Positions 30,182 to 39,915 of a stretch of 64,000 nucleotides of DNA are shown here, in pieces. The position numbers were made by a program, and so were the translations under genes. This stretch comes from an uncultured Nitrospiraceae bacterium (GTDB lineage: Bacteria > Nitrospirota > Nitrospiria > Nitrospirales > Nitrospiraceae): positions 146,194 to 210,193 of the forward strand of contig CAVPLT010000006.1 in NCBI GenBank assembly GCA_963706325.1, in the 5' to 3' direction. Below the pieces are notes generated by a model that had not been told where the DNA came from, did not search any database, and saw only the letters and a program-made list of their open reading frames with translations. Positions within the stretch are counted from its first letter, which is position 1; each line of letters begins with the position of its first letter.

Positions 30182-31684
30182 TCAGATGCGCGTCGCAGGG
30201 CGAGTGAGATCCCAGCGTACCCCGATCATGCCTTCCTTGCGGTTCGATATCTCCCAGGTCCAGATCCCGCACGAATCCTTCAATGGCGGCTCTGCACCGC
30301 CTCTGGTGGGATCCAAGCAGCGGCTATGGTCGTCAGGATTATCACTCGGGGGCTCATAATCGCTCACCACCAGCGTGGGCTCCTCCTTGATGGTCCAACC
30401 TTGCGCCAAATAGGCTGAAAGATCCACGCGGAAGGAGAGCCGACGATAGAAGGCTTTCTTCCCTAAATGCATATGGAAATCTCGTCGGCCTTCATCATAG
30501 CCCCGATAGACGTCCAGCTCCATGCGCGCCGTGGGTCCCTGTGTGCCCTTGAGTGGTTTTAATTCGTTCGGCAATACTTCATACCAGACGTAGTTGCCGG
30601 AGTTTTCGTAAATCGCCCGTTTGTCGGCCGGTGTATGGTGAGGCAAGGGCGGTTTTTTCGGATCGACCCAACCATGGCGACTCGTGCCGTACTTCAAGAC
30701 GTAGGGATCAGCGCAATGGTTTTTCGCGCTGAACTCCACCTGGTGCAGGACCTGCGCGATGTTGTCGCTCTGCAGCTCGCGTTCAACGACGCCGTGTGTG
30801 GCCACAATTACATCCTGAAGGGAATGTGGAGAGACCTTCACCGCATAGGTAAATCGCTCGATCTCCCAGACATTGGAATGGCCATGCGGATCAAGCAGCA
30901 CAGACACGAACTCTTGATACCGCTTGCCTTCCACCCCGGCGGCCGCCTCTTTGTTCCTATGGGACATTTTCAAAATCGAATTATGGTCTCCCGGAATACA
31001 CTGCCCATAGAGGAAATACCCGCGAGAAGAGGCTCGCGGCACCACCGCGTCCGCGTCACCCCAGAAACAATAAAATGGAATGGGCAATCCACGACTGTCC
31101 CCCCAATGTTTCGCATCAATGATCTGGTCTCGGATCTTCTCATGGGTGTCGCAGGTATTCTCGCTGAAGAGTCGTAGCGCCTGCTCCTGCGGATTCGGTA
31201 GGAGTAATGACACGATCCTGCGCAGTCCTGAAATGATGCGGGAGCCGAAATTGGGCGTCGCCAACAATATCACCTGACGGATGCGTTGGAGTTCGCCGCT
31301 CGCCGGAGAGCCGAAACATTCTTCCATATACTTTTGTATCACCAATCCGCCCATGCTGTGCCCAACCAAGATCAAGTCGACCCCCTGCCCTCGATCGGAA
31401 GCCGGCGCGACTCGGTTGAGGTGATCGCACAATTGACCGGCGATTTCGCTGATACTCGGAGAACGTTGATAGATCGGAATACGGAAAAGCCTCGAGAGGT
31501 AATTGAAGGGAGGCGCAATCTCGAACCGTGCCGTCACTCGCTCATCGCTCAAGAGCGCGTCCCGCAAGGTGGTCCAGGTCTCATCGGAGCTGCCGAATCC
31601 ATGCACAAAGACGATCCACTGTTTCACCGCCCGCGGCCTCCCCTCATTCATCTCCTGCGTCTGCATACTCGTCGGCCAGCCCAC
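30182..31684 (-). CDS. Alpha/beta hydrolase (PGAP1/DUF676-like) fused to an uncharacterised C-terminal beta-rich domain
   Basis: VFVHGFGS, GHSMGG, LATPNFGS, DAVV, GDHNSILK; ~230-aa C-terminal extension; GAGGA RBS before GTG. Confidence 0.8.
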   Translation of the reverse strand: MGWPTSMQTQEMNEGRPRAVKQWIVFVHGFGSSDETWTTLRDALLSDERVTARFEIAPPFNYLSRLFRIPIYQRSPSISEIAGQLCDHLNRVAPASDRGQGVDLILVGHSMGGLVIQKYMEECFGSPASGELQRIRQVILLATPNFGSRIISGLRRIVSLLLPNPQEQALRLFSENTCDTHEKIRDQIIDAKHWGDSRGLPIPFYCFWGDADAVVPRASSRGYFLYGQCIPGDHNSILKMSHRNKEAAAGVEGKRYQEFVSVLLDPHGHSNVWEIERFTYAVKVSPHSLQDVIVATHGVVERELQSDNIAQVLHQVEFSAKNHCADPYVLKYGTSRHGWVDPKKPPLPHHTPADKRAIYENSGNYVWYEVLPNELKPLKGTQGPTARMELDVYRGYDEGRRDFHMHLGKKAFYRRLSFRVDLSAYLAQGWTIKEEPTLVVSDYEPPSDNPDDHSRCLDPTRGGAEPPLKDSCGIWTWEISNRKEGMIGVRWDLTRPATRI

Positions 31685-31753
31685 GATGCTTCCTCACCAG
31701 TCCGTACCGCCCTCGCAGGAAGCAGGTCGATCATGTCTCCCTCAGGTCGGCGC

Positions 31754-31782
31754 AGCGTACGTTTTGCGTGAAATCCTGTCAA
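31754..31782 (-). promoter_or_regulatory. Sigma70 promoter of the hydrolase gene
   Basis: TTGACA-17 bp-TACGCT. Confidence 0.6.
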
Positions 31783-31955
31783 ATGCGAAGGTACGAGCAG
31801 AAGCGAGCATCGCGATCTACATAGGGATCGAGGAACTATTCGGTTCGTCTCCTCTCACCGGGGGCAAAGACCTCGAGCTTGGAGTAGCTGGAAGGGTTCT
31901 GAACAATGAGGATATGGTCTACCGTTAAATAGGATGCCCTCGGCGATGGCGGCTT

Positions 31956-34900
31956 CTAGAACACCGTGGCCAGGTATTCCACCAGCAGCACGAGCCCCGT
32001 CCCGCTGGTCGGCAGGGCGATCGCACCGAACAGCGGATGCTGCGTGAATGGAAGAAACGCGCCTTCGCGATTGTTGCGGATCAACTCCACCATTCCTTCA
32101 ACCTGCTTCCTGCTGACGGCCCCCGCGGTCAGGCCAGCTAGCTTGTCGTTCAATTGCGCCACGGCGGTGCGTTTTGCCTCTTCAGCCGAATGGCGCAGAT
32201 AGACCGCGTTCCCCAACGCATAGGCTGCGTTCAGGCCGAACAGAACCATTAGGCTCACGGGAAAATCCCACCGATCGAAATACGTGTGCCGCGCCACCCC
32301 CATGAGAAACAAAATGACGAATGGGTAATACAGCATGAAGCTGATCACCGCCGTACGCTGCGCGATCAGCTCGATGCCCAACCATTCGTTCAGGCCGGTC
32401 TTGTCCGTCTCCTGATTCACCGCCTCGCGCGCGAGAAGATCTTCGGGCCAAACAATCCTGGTGGCGATCATGATGTTGATCAAGCGTCGGCACAGTCTCG
32501 TGGCATCCACCACATAGAACATCAACAGAGTCATGCCAAGGACACTCACCAGCAAGACCAGCGCGTTGATCTCGAAACAAGCTGCACCTCGACAAGGCAT
32601 TGTCGGTGAACCGAACAGACTCATGAGGAGCCATCCCAACGCTCCATAGCAGAGCGTTTGAGGTACGATGCGGCTCAGCCGGTGCTTCCATCGCCCGAGT
32701 GTTTGGTATTCTTGCCAGAGGTCCGTAGCCAAAGCGGCTCCGCCAGGATGAGGACGCCAATAGTGGATCCCCAGCAGCGAGCAGGGAATCGTCGATGCCG
32801 CTTGAGAGGGAAGGAGACCGAATCTTATCGCCAAGGCTTGATCATTTTCTCTGAGCTTCATCGAGGAGTAGTAGAAAAAGATGCCGCAGAGGGCACAGGC
32901 AAGGAGCCGTATCACAGTGGTCGGCCACACGCTGACCCCTTGCGTGAGACTGAACGGTTCGCCGGCCGGTCCATCCCCCATGGCCCACCTCAGCAGACCG
33001 ACGGTCACTCCCCCGAACGCCAGCGTGGAGAGCAGTATGATCCTGTGGGTGCGCGCACGGAGCAGGTGCATAAATTCGCTATTGAGAAGCAGGGCGCAGA
33101 GCAGCGCCATGCCCATGGCCAGGCCGGCGAGCCCTACCTTTCCTGCACTCGGCATATTGAGCAATCCGGTCGTGGGATTGAGATCCGGACGCGGCGCATG
33201 AATGCTCGGAAGCGCTCCCGGCTGATCGAGGCTCATATCCACCGGCCCATGCCGACCCATTTCATACAGCCTCGGTTTACCGGCAGTTGAAAACCGAGCC
33301 TCCGTCAGAGAGGCCCGCACCTCCTCCGCATGAGGGCCGGGCAGCACATAGTCAATGGAGCGCAAGGTGGAATAGAACAAGGCGGTCTGGTAACTGTCGC
33401 GAAAAGGCGGGATCGGCGCCTGCAGTTCCGGATGCAGAGTGAGCCCGAAATGTGACGCGACAAGAAGATTGCGCGTCCACTGACCCTGTCCGGAATGGGT
33501 CAGCCTTGTATCGAGATCGGTAGTAAAAAAGATCGCGCGAGGGAAGTCGTTCCGCAATGCTTGGAGAATCATGAGCTTGTCGTAGACGTCGCTGCCCAAG
33601 ACACCGATCGCCACAAACTCTGCGGCATCATGTTTCAACGTCTCGGCTAAGCGACGGAGATAATCCAGCTGGCCTCGACCAGTCGGCGCTTCCTCAGTGC
33701 GTTGGGACGCCCCCGAGGGGTTCTCTCCCGGTTTTCCCTTCTCCTGAGTGCCCGATGCATCCTTTCCGTCCCCCTTCGGAGGCAACTCTCCGTCCAAACC
33801 GGCGAGATACGAATAGCGGTGAACCCACTCAGGCCAGATGCCCCGGCGCAGCACCTCGAGCTCAGGTTCGATCTGTCTGGTTCCCGCGACATCCCCTCGC
33901 TTCGCCATCGTTTCCGCCATCGCGACGAACGTAAGCGGCAGCGCGCGCCCGTACAGCGTATCCCATTCCGAAATCAATGCGACGTGAGGCGCCCGCCTTG
34001 GCGAGGTTCCGTTCGACGGAATGGACAGATCGACTCTGCGGCGCTTCAACTCTTCCACCAGCTGCTCTGCCAGCTGGTCATCCGTCCCGATCATTCTGAG
34101 GAATGAGAGTCCATGCTCGGCGAACAGACGTTCGACTTCCCCTTCCTTGGCTTCCCTACGCGACGCTCCCAGCAAAAACGAACTGGCCGCTGTTGCCCAT
34201 GAGGAATAGAACGTCGCGCCTTTCAACGGCGCGATGTCAGGAGCATCCTTCTTTAATTCGCTCAGCATGGACGCCAGGGTGCCGGAGGTGCGAGGGCCCA
34301 ATATTCTGTAGGCCGCCGCGCGTTGCTTGAGAGTGTGATTCAGATGGGCCACGAGTCGCCCGAAAGAGGCGAGAGGATTCGGACTAAAATCCTGGTCCTT
34401 GAGCCAGAGCACCAACACTTCTTTTCTGTCCTGTAGATCCCGGCTGCTCGTATCGGGACGAAACCACTCGAGCGGAACGAGCAAGGACGACTCAGCCGGC
34501 CGAGCCCACTCGAAATAGCGAACATATTCTCCGGACTCCGGTAAATATCCGGCCACTCCTAAGGCGGACACCACGGCATAGCGGTCTTTCAGTCTCGACT
34601 CCACTCCATTGGCGTACGGGCTGCCATCCATGAAGACGGGAAGCACAAGGTATTCCGATCCCGCACCCTCGTGCCGGATCGCTTGCACAAGATCAGAAAA
34701 TGCGTGATGTGACCCGGCGTGACCCTCGGCCGCGGATTGCGTCGCGGACTCCTTGAGCTGATGAGTCGAAATGGCCTCGAACGGATCTTGCCAAAGACGG
34801 GCTTGGACACGATCCGTCTTCACGGATACATATTTTTCCGCTTCCTTATTGATTGGTCGCGAGGTTTTGAGCGGGACCTGGTAGATGATGAAACTACTGA

Positions 34901-34970
34901 CTGCCGCTACCAACAAGGTCACCAAGCCGGTCAGCGGCAGCTTGAATTTCTCATCTGGTTGTTCGGCCAT
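31956..34970 (-). CDS. Large uncharacterised membrane protein: N-terminal TM, ~580-aa soluble domain, ~8 C-terminal TM helices
   Basis: ~1004-aa ORF; hydrophobic segments read by eye; type I periplasmic-binding-like motifs (ILGPRTSG, LISEWDTLYG). Confidence 0.85.
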   Translation of the reverse strand: MAEQPDEKFKLPLTGLVTLLVAAVSSFIIYQVPLKTSRPINKEAEKYVSVKTDRVQARLWQDPFEAISTHQLKESATQSAAEGHAGSHHAFSDLVQAIRHEGAGSEYLVLPVFMDGSPYANGVESRLKDRYAVVSALGVAGYLPESGEYVRYFEWARPAESSLLVPLEWFRPDTSSRDLQDRKEVLVLWLKDQDFSPNPLASFGRLVAHLNHTLKQRAAAYRILGPRTSGTLASMLSELKKDAPDIAPLKGATFYSSWATAASSFLLGASRREAKEGEVERLFAEHGLSFLRMIGTDDQLAEQLVEELKRRRVDLSIPSNGTSPRRAPHVALISEWDTLYGRALPLTFVAMAETMAKRGDVAGTRQIEPELEVLRRGIWPEWVHRYSYLAGLDGELPPKGDGKDASGTQEKGKPGENPSGASQRTEEAPTGRGQLDYLRRLAETLKHDAAEFVAIGVLGSDVYDKLMILQALRNDFPRAIFFTTDLDTRLTHSGQGQWTRNLLVASHFGLTLHPELQAPIPPFRDSYQTALFYSTLRSIDYVLPGPHAEEVRASLTEARFSTAGKPRLYEMGRHGPVDMSLDQPGALPSIHAPRPDLNPTTGLLNMPSAGKVGLAGLAMGMALLCALLLNSEFMHLLRARTHRIILLSTLAFGGVTVGLLRWAMGDGPAGEPFSLTQGVSVWPTTVIRLLACALCGIFFYYSSMKLRENDQALAIRFGLLPSQAASTIPCSLLGIHYWRPHPGGAALATDLWQEYQTLGRWKHRLSRIVPQTLCYGALGWLLMSLFGSPTMPCRGAACFEINALVLLVSVLGMTLLMFYVVDATRLCRRLINIMIATRIVWPEDLLAREAVNQETDKTGLNEWLGIELIAQRTAVISFMLYYPFVILFLMGVARHTYFDRWDFPVSLMVLFGLNAAYALGNAVYLRHSAEEAKRTAVAQLNDKLAGLTAGAVSRKQVEGMVELIRNNREGAFLPFTQHPLFGAIALPTSGTGLVLLVEYLATVF

Positions 34971-35024
34971 GGACAAGTCGTCTCTCAGCGGTGAGCCTTG
35001 TCAGCACTATCAACAGGTGGGCAC

Positions 35025-35053
35025 AGGCTAAACTTGAGATAAGAAACTGTCAA
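35025..35053 (-). promoter_or_regulatory. Sigma70 promoter of the large membrane protein gene
   Basis: TTGACA-17 bp-TAGCCT. Confidence 0.6.
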
Positions 35054-35076
35054 CGGATGGAGCGGTCATTTGCCGC

Positions 35077-35420
35077 GGCCTGGCTGGTCTCCCACTGCGC
35101 GCCCGTGGCAAGCACCATCACAATATTCCTTCCAAGCTAGCTGACCGCGCACTCCCTAAAAGGGGGACGAGGTGACTGGACGCCCACTGCGCGCATTGAT
35201 CGATCCAATGCTCCCTCCATACTCACATGTTCTCCCTCTCTAAGGGTGGTCTGGAGTAGCCTCCAATTGCGCGCGTCCAACGCCTTCCGAAGCCGCTCAT
35301 TCTCTCTCCAGGGAGGGCGGCCTGATGGTCTTCGACTGTGCGCGTCCAACGAGGACCTTCCGAGGCCGCGCGTTGCGCGAACAAAGAAGATAATCAGGCC
35401 ATCCTCCCTCCCCCCCTCTT
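35077..35420. repeat. Degenerate tandem array (family 2), four ~70-95-bp units
   Basis: Recurring GG(C/T)CTG..TGGTC..(C/A)ACTG(C/T)GCGC(GTCCAACG) near 35077, 35171, 35248, 35319; CCTTCCGA(A/G)GCCGC twice; IR GGGAGGgcGGCCTGAT...ATCAGGCCatCCTCCC. Confidence 0.65.
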
Positions 35421-35423
35421 CGT

Positions 35424-35452
35424 TTGACATCAACTTTTCTCCTCACTACAAT
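35424..35452 (+). promoter_or_regulatory. Sigma70 promoter of dnaE
   Basis: TTGACA-17 bp-TACAAT, ending 6 nt before the GTG start. Confidence 0.75.
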
Positions 35453-35458
35453 CTTGCC

Positions 35459-38400
35459 GTGGCATCTCAATTCGTCCATCTGCACCTCCACACCCAATAC
35501 AGCCTCCTCGACGGTGCCAACCAGATCGACCCCCTGATGCAACAGGTGAAGTCGTTCGGGCAACCTGCCGTCGCAATGACCGATCATGGCAACATGTTCG
35601 GGGCGGTGGAGTTCTATCGGAAAGCGAAGGAAGCCGGCGTCAAGCCCATCATCGGCTGCGAAGCCTACATGGCGCCCGGCAGCCGCCTCGAAAAAAATTC
35701 CCATCTCGCGCACAACGACTATTATCACCTGATTCTGCTCGCCACAAACCTCAAGGGATACCAGAACCTCATCAAGCTAGTCAGCAAAGCGTACCTTGAA
35801 GGGTTCTACTATAAGCCTCGGATGGATAAGGATATTTTGCAAGAGCATCACGAGGGGCTTATTGGACTATCCGGCTGCCTCAGTGGTGAGGTGGCCTACC
35901 TGATCGGGCAAAAGGATTTGGCCGGCGCAACGAAGGCGGCGGGCGAGTATCGAGAGATCTTCGGGAAAGATAATTACTATCTGGAACTGCAGGCTAATGG
36001 CCTGGAGCACCAGCGCATTGCCAACGATGGGCTGCTGGAGATTCACAAGAAGCTCGACATTCCCCTCGCCGGTACCAACGACTGTCATTATTTGAAAGCA
36101 GAAGATTCGCGTCCGCATGACCTCATGCTCTGCCTGCAGACCGGAAAGACCATCAACGATCCCAATCGAATGAAGTTCGATACCGATCAGCTGTATGTCA
36201 AATCGACGGAGCAGGCGCAGAGAGAGTTCAAGGAAATGCCGACGGCCGTATCAAACACCGTCAAGATCGCTGAGGCCTGCAACCTCGAGCTCGCGCTCAA
36301 CAAAACCTATCTGCCCCAGTTCAAGGTGCCGGAAGGCTTCACGCGCGAAACCTATGTGGAGCAATTGGCAAAGGACGGACTGGCGGCGCGACTCAAGGAA
36401 CGGCCCAGCTCCATCCCGGAGATCGCCTATCAAGTCCGGCTGAAGGAAGAAGTCGCGGTGATTTGCTCCATGGGGTTTGCCGGGTACTTTCTTATCGTCT
36501 GGGACATCATTAAGTTCGCCCGTTCGCGAGGCATTCCGGTGGGACCGGGACGCGGCTCTGCGGCCGGCAGTCTCGTCGCCTATGCCTTGCGCATTACCGA
36601 CCTTGATCCGCTGGTGTATTCGTTGTTGTTCGAGCGTTTCTTGAACCCTGAGCGTGTGTCCCTCCCCGATATCGACATGGACTTCTGCATGGATCGCCGA
36701 GATGAGGTCATCAATTACGTCATCCACAAATACGGCGAGGACCACGTCGCGCAGATCATTACCTTTGGAACCATGAAGGCCAAGGCGGCGATTCGTGACG
36801 TCGGTCGTGTGTTGGAGATGCCATACGCCGAGGTGGACCGGATCGCCAAGCTCGTGCCGGACGATCTCAAGATGACTCTCGATAAGGCGCTCGAACAGGA
36901 ACCGCGCCTGAAAGAACTGGTCGAGAAGGATGCGAAGGTCAAGGAACTGATGTCGGTAGCCCAATCGCTCGAGGGCCTTGCGCGTCATGCCTCCACCCAC
37001 GCGGCCGGCATCGTCATCTCCGATCAGCCCCTCACCGACCACGTGCCGCTCTATAAAGGTCCGAAGGACGAAATCGTCACCCAATATTCCATGGGCGATG
37101 TTGAAAAGATCGGTCTGGTGAAGTTCGACTTCCTGGGCTTGAAGACCCTCACTATGATTCACCGAGCGGAGCTGCTGGTGAACGAGGCGCATCCTGATCG
37201 ACCGCCCTTGTACGTCGAGCAACTGTCCTTCGACGATCCTGAGACCTTTGCACTGCTCTCGTCCGGCAAGACGACCGGCATATTCCAGTTGGAAAGTTCC
37301 GGCATGCGCGACCTGCTCACGGGTCTCAAGCCAGACCGGTTTGAAGATATCATCGCCATCATCGCGCTCTATCGCCCCGGTCCGATGGACCTCATCCCGG
37401 ACTTTATCAAACGCAAGCAGGGCAAGATCCCGATCGCCTATGAGATGCCTGAACTTGAAGCGATCCTGAAGGACACGTATGGCGTCATCGTCTATCAGGA
37501 ACAGGTCATGGCCATCGCCAACAAGGTGGCCGGGTTCTCACTCGGTCAAGCGGATATTCTTCGCCGCGCCATGGGCAAGAAGAAACCGGAGGAGATGGAA
37601 AAACTCCGGGTGCAGTTCCTGGAAGGGGCGAAGCAGAAAAAAATACCTGAGAAAAAAGCCGACAAGCTGTATGAGCTGATCCAGAAGTTCGCCGGCTACG
37701 GGTTCAACAAGTCTCACGCCGCTGCCTATGCGGTGGTCTGTTACCAGACAGCCTACCTCAAGGCCCATTACCCGACCGAATTCATGGCGTCGTTGATGAC
37801 GACCGACATGGGCAATGCCGACAAAATCGTCGGCTACTTCACCGAATGTCGCGGGCTCGGCATTCCGGTGCTGCCCCCGGACGTAAACCAAAGCCACAAA
37901 CATTTCACGGTCGTCGACAACGGCATTCGTTTCGGCATGGCCGCCATCAAGAACGTCGGCGAAGGCGCGGTCGAGGCGATCATCGACGTGCGCAACGAGA
38001 CGGGTCCCTTCCGCTCCTTCTTCGATCTCTTTCGCCGGGTTGATCTGCGCAAACTGAACAAGCGCATGATGGAAGGTCTCATCAAGGCCGGCGCCTTCGA
38101 CTCCATGGGCGGCCGTCGCTCGCAGTATCTGGCCGTCCTCGATCAGGCGATGGACGAAGGCACGAGCATCCAGAAAGAGCGTGCCCTCGGTCAGACCAGC
38201 ATCTTCGGCGACGACACAGATGGCGCGCCTCAAACACTGGCGGAACCCATGCTGCCCGATGTCTCCGAGTGGAGCCAGGGCGAGATGCTGAAATACGAAC
38301 GCGAGCTCACGGGATTTTATATCAGCGCGCACCCGTTGGCCCGTTATGAAGCGGCCATTCAGCTGTTTGCCAATACGACGACCATGCAAATCCCAGATGT

Positions 38401-38911
38401 TCCCGACGGACGCGAAGTGAAGCTCTGCGGCATCATTACAGCCGTAAAATCGATGCTCACGAAAAAGGGCGACCGGATGGCCTATGTCACGCTTGAGGAT
38501 TTACATGGCGTGGTGGAAGTGATAGCCTTTCCTGATCTCTATCGCGACCATGCCGAGATGATCGTGCCGGAACGAGTCGTGCGGTTGACGGGCACCGTGG
38601 ATCGCGGAGACAAAGGCACCAAGTTGCGTGGAACTAAGATCGAACCGCTCGCGGAATTGCAGACGACGGGAATCTCGCGGGTCATGATTCGATTGAATGC
38701 CGGTCCAACCGCCTCAACCAGACTTCCGATGCTTCGCCAGGTATTCCAAAAATATCCCGGCTCCTCGACCGTGTCCTTGGTGATGGGCTTAGGCGACACC
38801 ATTGAGGCACGGACCTCGCCGCTCCCCAACGTCACGATCACTCCCAGCGAGCATTTCGTCGCTGATATCGAGGAAGTGCTAGGCAAAGGTGCCATCACCT
38901 TGGTAACCTAG
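35459..38911 (+). CDS. dnaE: DNA polymerase III alpha subunit
   Basis: FVHLHLHTQYSLLDG (PHP), GRGSAAGS, PDIDMDF, KFDFLGL, YGFNKSH; GTG start at 35459. Confidence 0.98.
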   Translation: MASQFVHLHLHTQYSLLDGANQIDPLMQQVKSFGQPAVAMTDHGNMFGAVEFYRKAKEAGVKPIIGCEAYMAPGSRLEKNSHLAHNDYYHLILLATNLKGYQNLIKLVSKAYLEGFYYKPRMDKDILQEHHEGLIGLSGCLSGEVAYLIGQKDLAGATKAAGEYREIFGKDNYYLELQANGLEHQRIANDGLLEIHKKLDIPLAGTNDCHYLKAEDSRPHDLMLCLQTGKTINDPNRMKFDTDQLYVKSTEQAQREFKEMPTAVSNTVKIAEACNLELALNKTYLPQFKVPEGFTRETYVEQLAKDGLAARLKERPSSIPEIAYQVRLKEEVAVICSMGFAGYFLIVWDIIKFARSRGIPVGPGRGSAAGSLVAYALRITDLDPLVYSLLFERFLNPERVSLPDIDMDFCMDRRDEVINYVIHKYGEDHVAQIITFGTMKAKAAIRDVGRVLEMPYAEVDRIAKLVPDDLKMTLDKALEQEPRLKELVEKDAKVKELMSVAQSLEGLARHASTHAAGIVISDQPLTDHVPLYKGPKDEIVTQYSMGDVEKIGLVKFDFLGLKTLTMIHRAELLVNEAHPDRPPLYVEQLSFDDPETFALLSSGKTTGIFQLESSGMRDLLTGLKPDRFEDIIAIIALYRPGPMDLIPDFIKRKQGKIPIAYEMPELEAILKDTYGVIVYQEQVMAIANKVAGFSLGQADILRRAMGKKKPEEMEKLRVQFLEGAKQKKIPEKKADKLYELIQKFAGYGFNKSHAAAYAVVCYQTAYLKAHYPTEFMASLMTTDMGNADKIVGYFTECRGLGIPVLPPDVNQSHKHFTVVDNGIRFGMAAIKNVGEGAVEAIIDVRNETGPFRSFFDLFRRVDLRKLNKRMMEGLIKAGAFDSMGGRRSQYLAVLDQAMDEGTSIQKERALGQTSIFGDDTDGAPQTLAEPMLPDVSEWSQGEMLKYERELTGFYISAHPLARYEAAIQLFANTTTMQIPDVPDGREVKLCGIITAVKSMLTKKGDRMAYVTLEDLHGVVEVIAFPDLYRDHAEMIVPERVVRLTGTVDRGDKGTKLRGTKIEPLAELQTTGISRVMIRLNAGPTASTRLPMLRQVFQKYPGSSTVSLVMGLGDTIEARTSPLPNVTITPSEHFVADIEEVLGKGAITLVT

Positions 38912-38947
38912 GCGCACCTAGGCAACACCCTTAGGGGGTTTAACAGT

Positions 38948-39910
38948 ATGAGAGACTATCTCGATTTTGAAAGACCGATCCGCGAACTCGAAGAAAAAAT
39001 CGAGAAGCTCGCGTCCGCGGAATCGCCCAAGTCCGGCGCACAAGAAGAAATGCGGAAGTTGCGGACGAAACTCGCCCAGGTTGAACATCAGCTCTACAAC
39101 GGTCTGACTCCCTGGCAGCGCACTCAATTGGCCCGGCATCCTCAGCGGCCCACTACACTTGATTACATCCACGAACTCTGTCGCGATTTTCTCGAACTCC
39201 ATGGCGACCGTAACTTCGGCGACGACCGTGCCATCGTGGGAGGATTCGCCCGGTTCAACGACCGCACGGTGATGATCATCGGGCACCAAAAGGGCAAGAC
39301 GCTCAAGGAGCGCATGCAGCGGAACTTCGGCATGCCCAACCCGGAAGGGTATCGCAAAGCGTTGCGGCTGATGCGGTTAGCGGAAAAATTCGGCCGTCCG
39401 ATCATCACCTTGATCGATACCCCAGGCGCGTATCCCGGCATCGGCGCCGAGGAACGCGGACAGGCCGAAGCCATCGCCAGAAATCTCTTCGTGATGTCAC
39501 GGTTAGCGGTCCCCATCATTTCTGTGGTCATCGGCGAAGGGGGCAGCGGCGGCGCCCTGGCCTTGGGGGTGAGCGACCGCATTCTCATGCTGGAACATTC
39601 TGTCTACTCCGTCATTTCCCCCGAAGGCTGCGCGGCTATTCTGTACGACGACCCTGCCAAGGTGCCCGACGCGGCGGCTTCGCTCAAGATCACCGCGCAG
39701 GACCTAGTCGGGCTCGGCATCGTGGACGAAGTGATCCCGGAACCACTCGGCGGCGCGCACCGGGATGCGCGAGCAATTTCAGATCGGGTCGCAAAAGCGC
39801 TCACCAATCAACTCTACGGGCTCGTAGAACTTCCTACCGATCAGCTCATTGCTCAGCGCGATCAGAAGTTTCGGAAGATGGGTGTGGTCGGCGGCCTCGT
39901 GCCGGCCTAA
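38948..39910 (+). CDS. accA: Acetyl-CoA carboxylase carboxyltransferase alpha
   Basis: YLDFERPI, ARHPQRP, GYRKALR, GEGGSGGALA, SVISPEGCA. Confidence 0.97.
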   Translation: MRDYLDFERPIRELEEKIEKLASAESPKSGAQEEMRKLRTKLAQVEHQLYNGLTPWQRTQLARHPQRPTTLDYIHELCRDFLELHGDRNFGDDRAIVGGFARFNDRTVMIIGHQKGKTLKERMQRNFGMPNPEGYRKALRLMRLAEKFGRPIITLIDTPGAYPGIGAEERGQAEAIARNLFVMSRLAVPIISVVIGEGGSGGALALGVSDRILMLEHSVYSVISPEGCAAILYDDPAKVPDAAASLKITAQDLVGLGIVDEVIPEPLGGAHRDARAISDRVAKALTNQLYGLVELPTDQLIAQRDQKFRKMGVVGGLVPA

Positions 39911-39915
39911 GCCTG

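Noticed and set aside
35077..35420. CRISPR array or N-terminal extension of DnaE (ORF from 35246)
   Set aside because: Units are too degenerate and irregular for CRISPR; a consensus promoter lies downstream of them, immediately before the conserved DnaE N-terminus.
1151..38389. Long antisense ORFs (e.g. 1151-2029, 29319-30359, 36251-37222, 37538-38389)
   Set aside because: Shadow frames of well-supported genes in GC-rich DNA, with no recognisable motifs.
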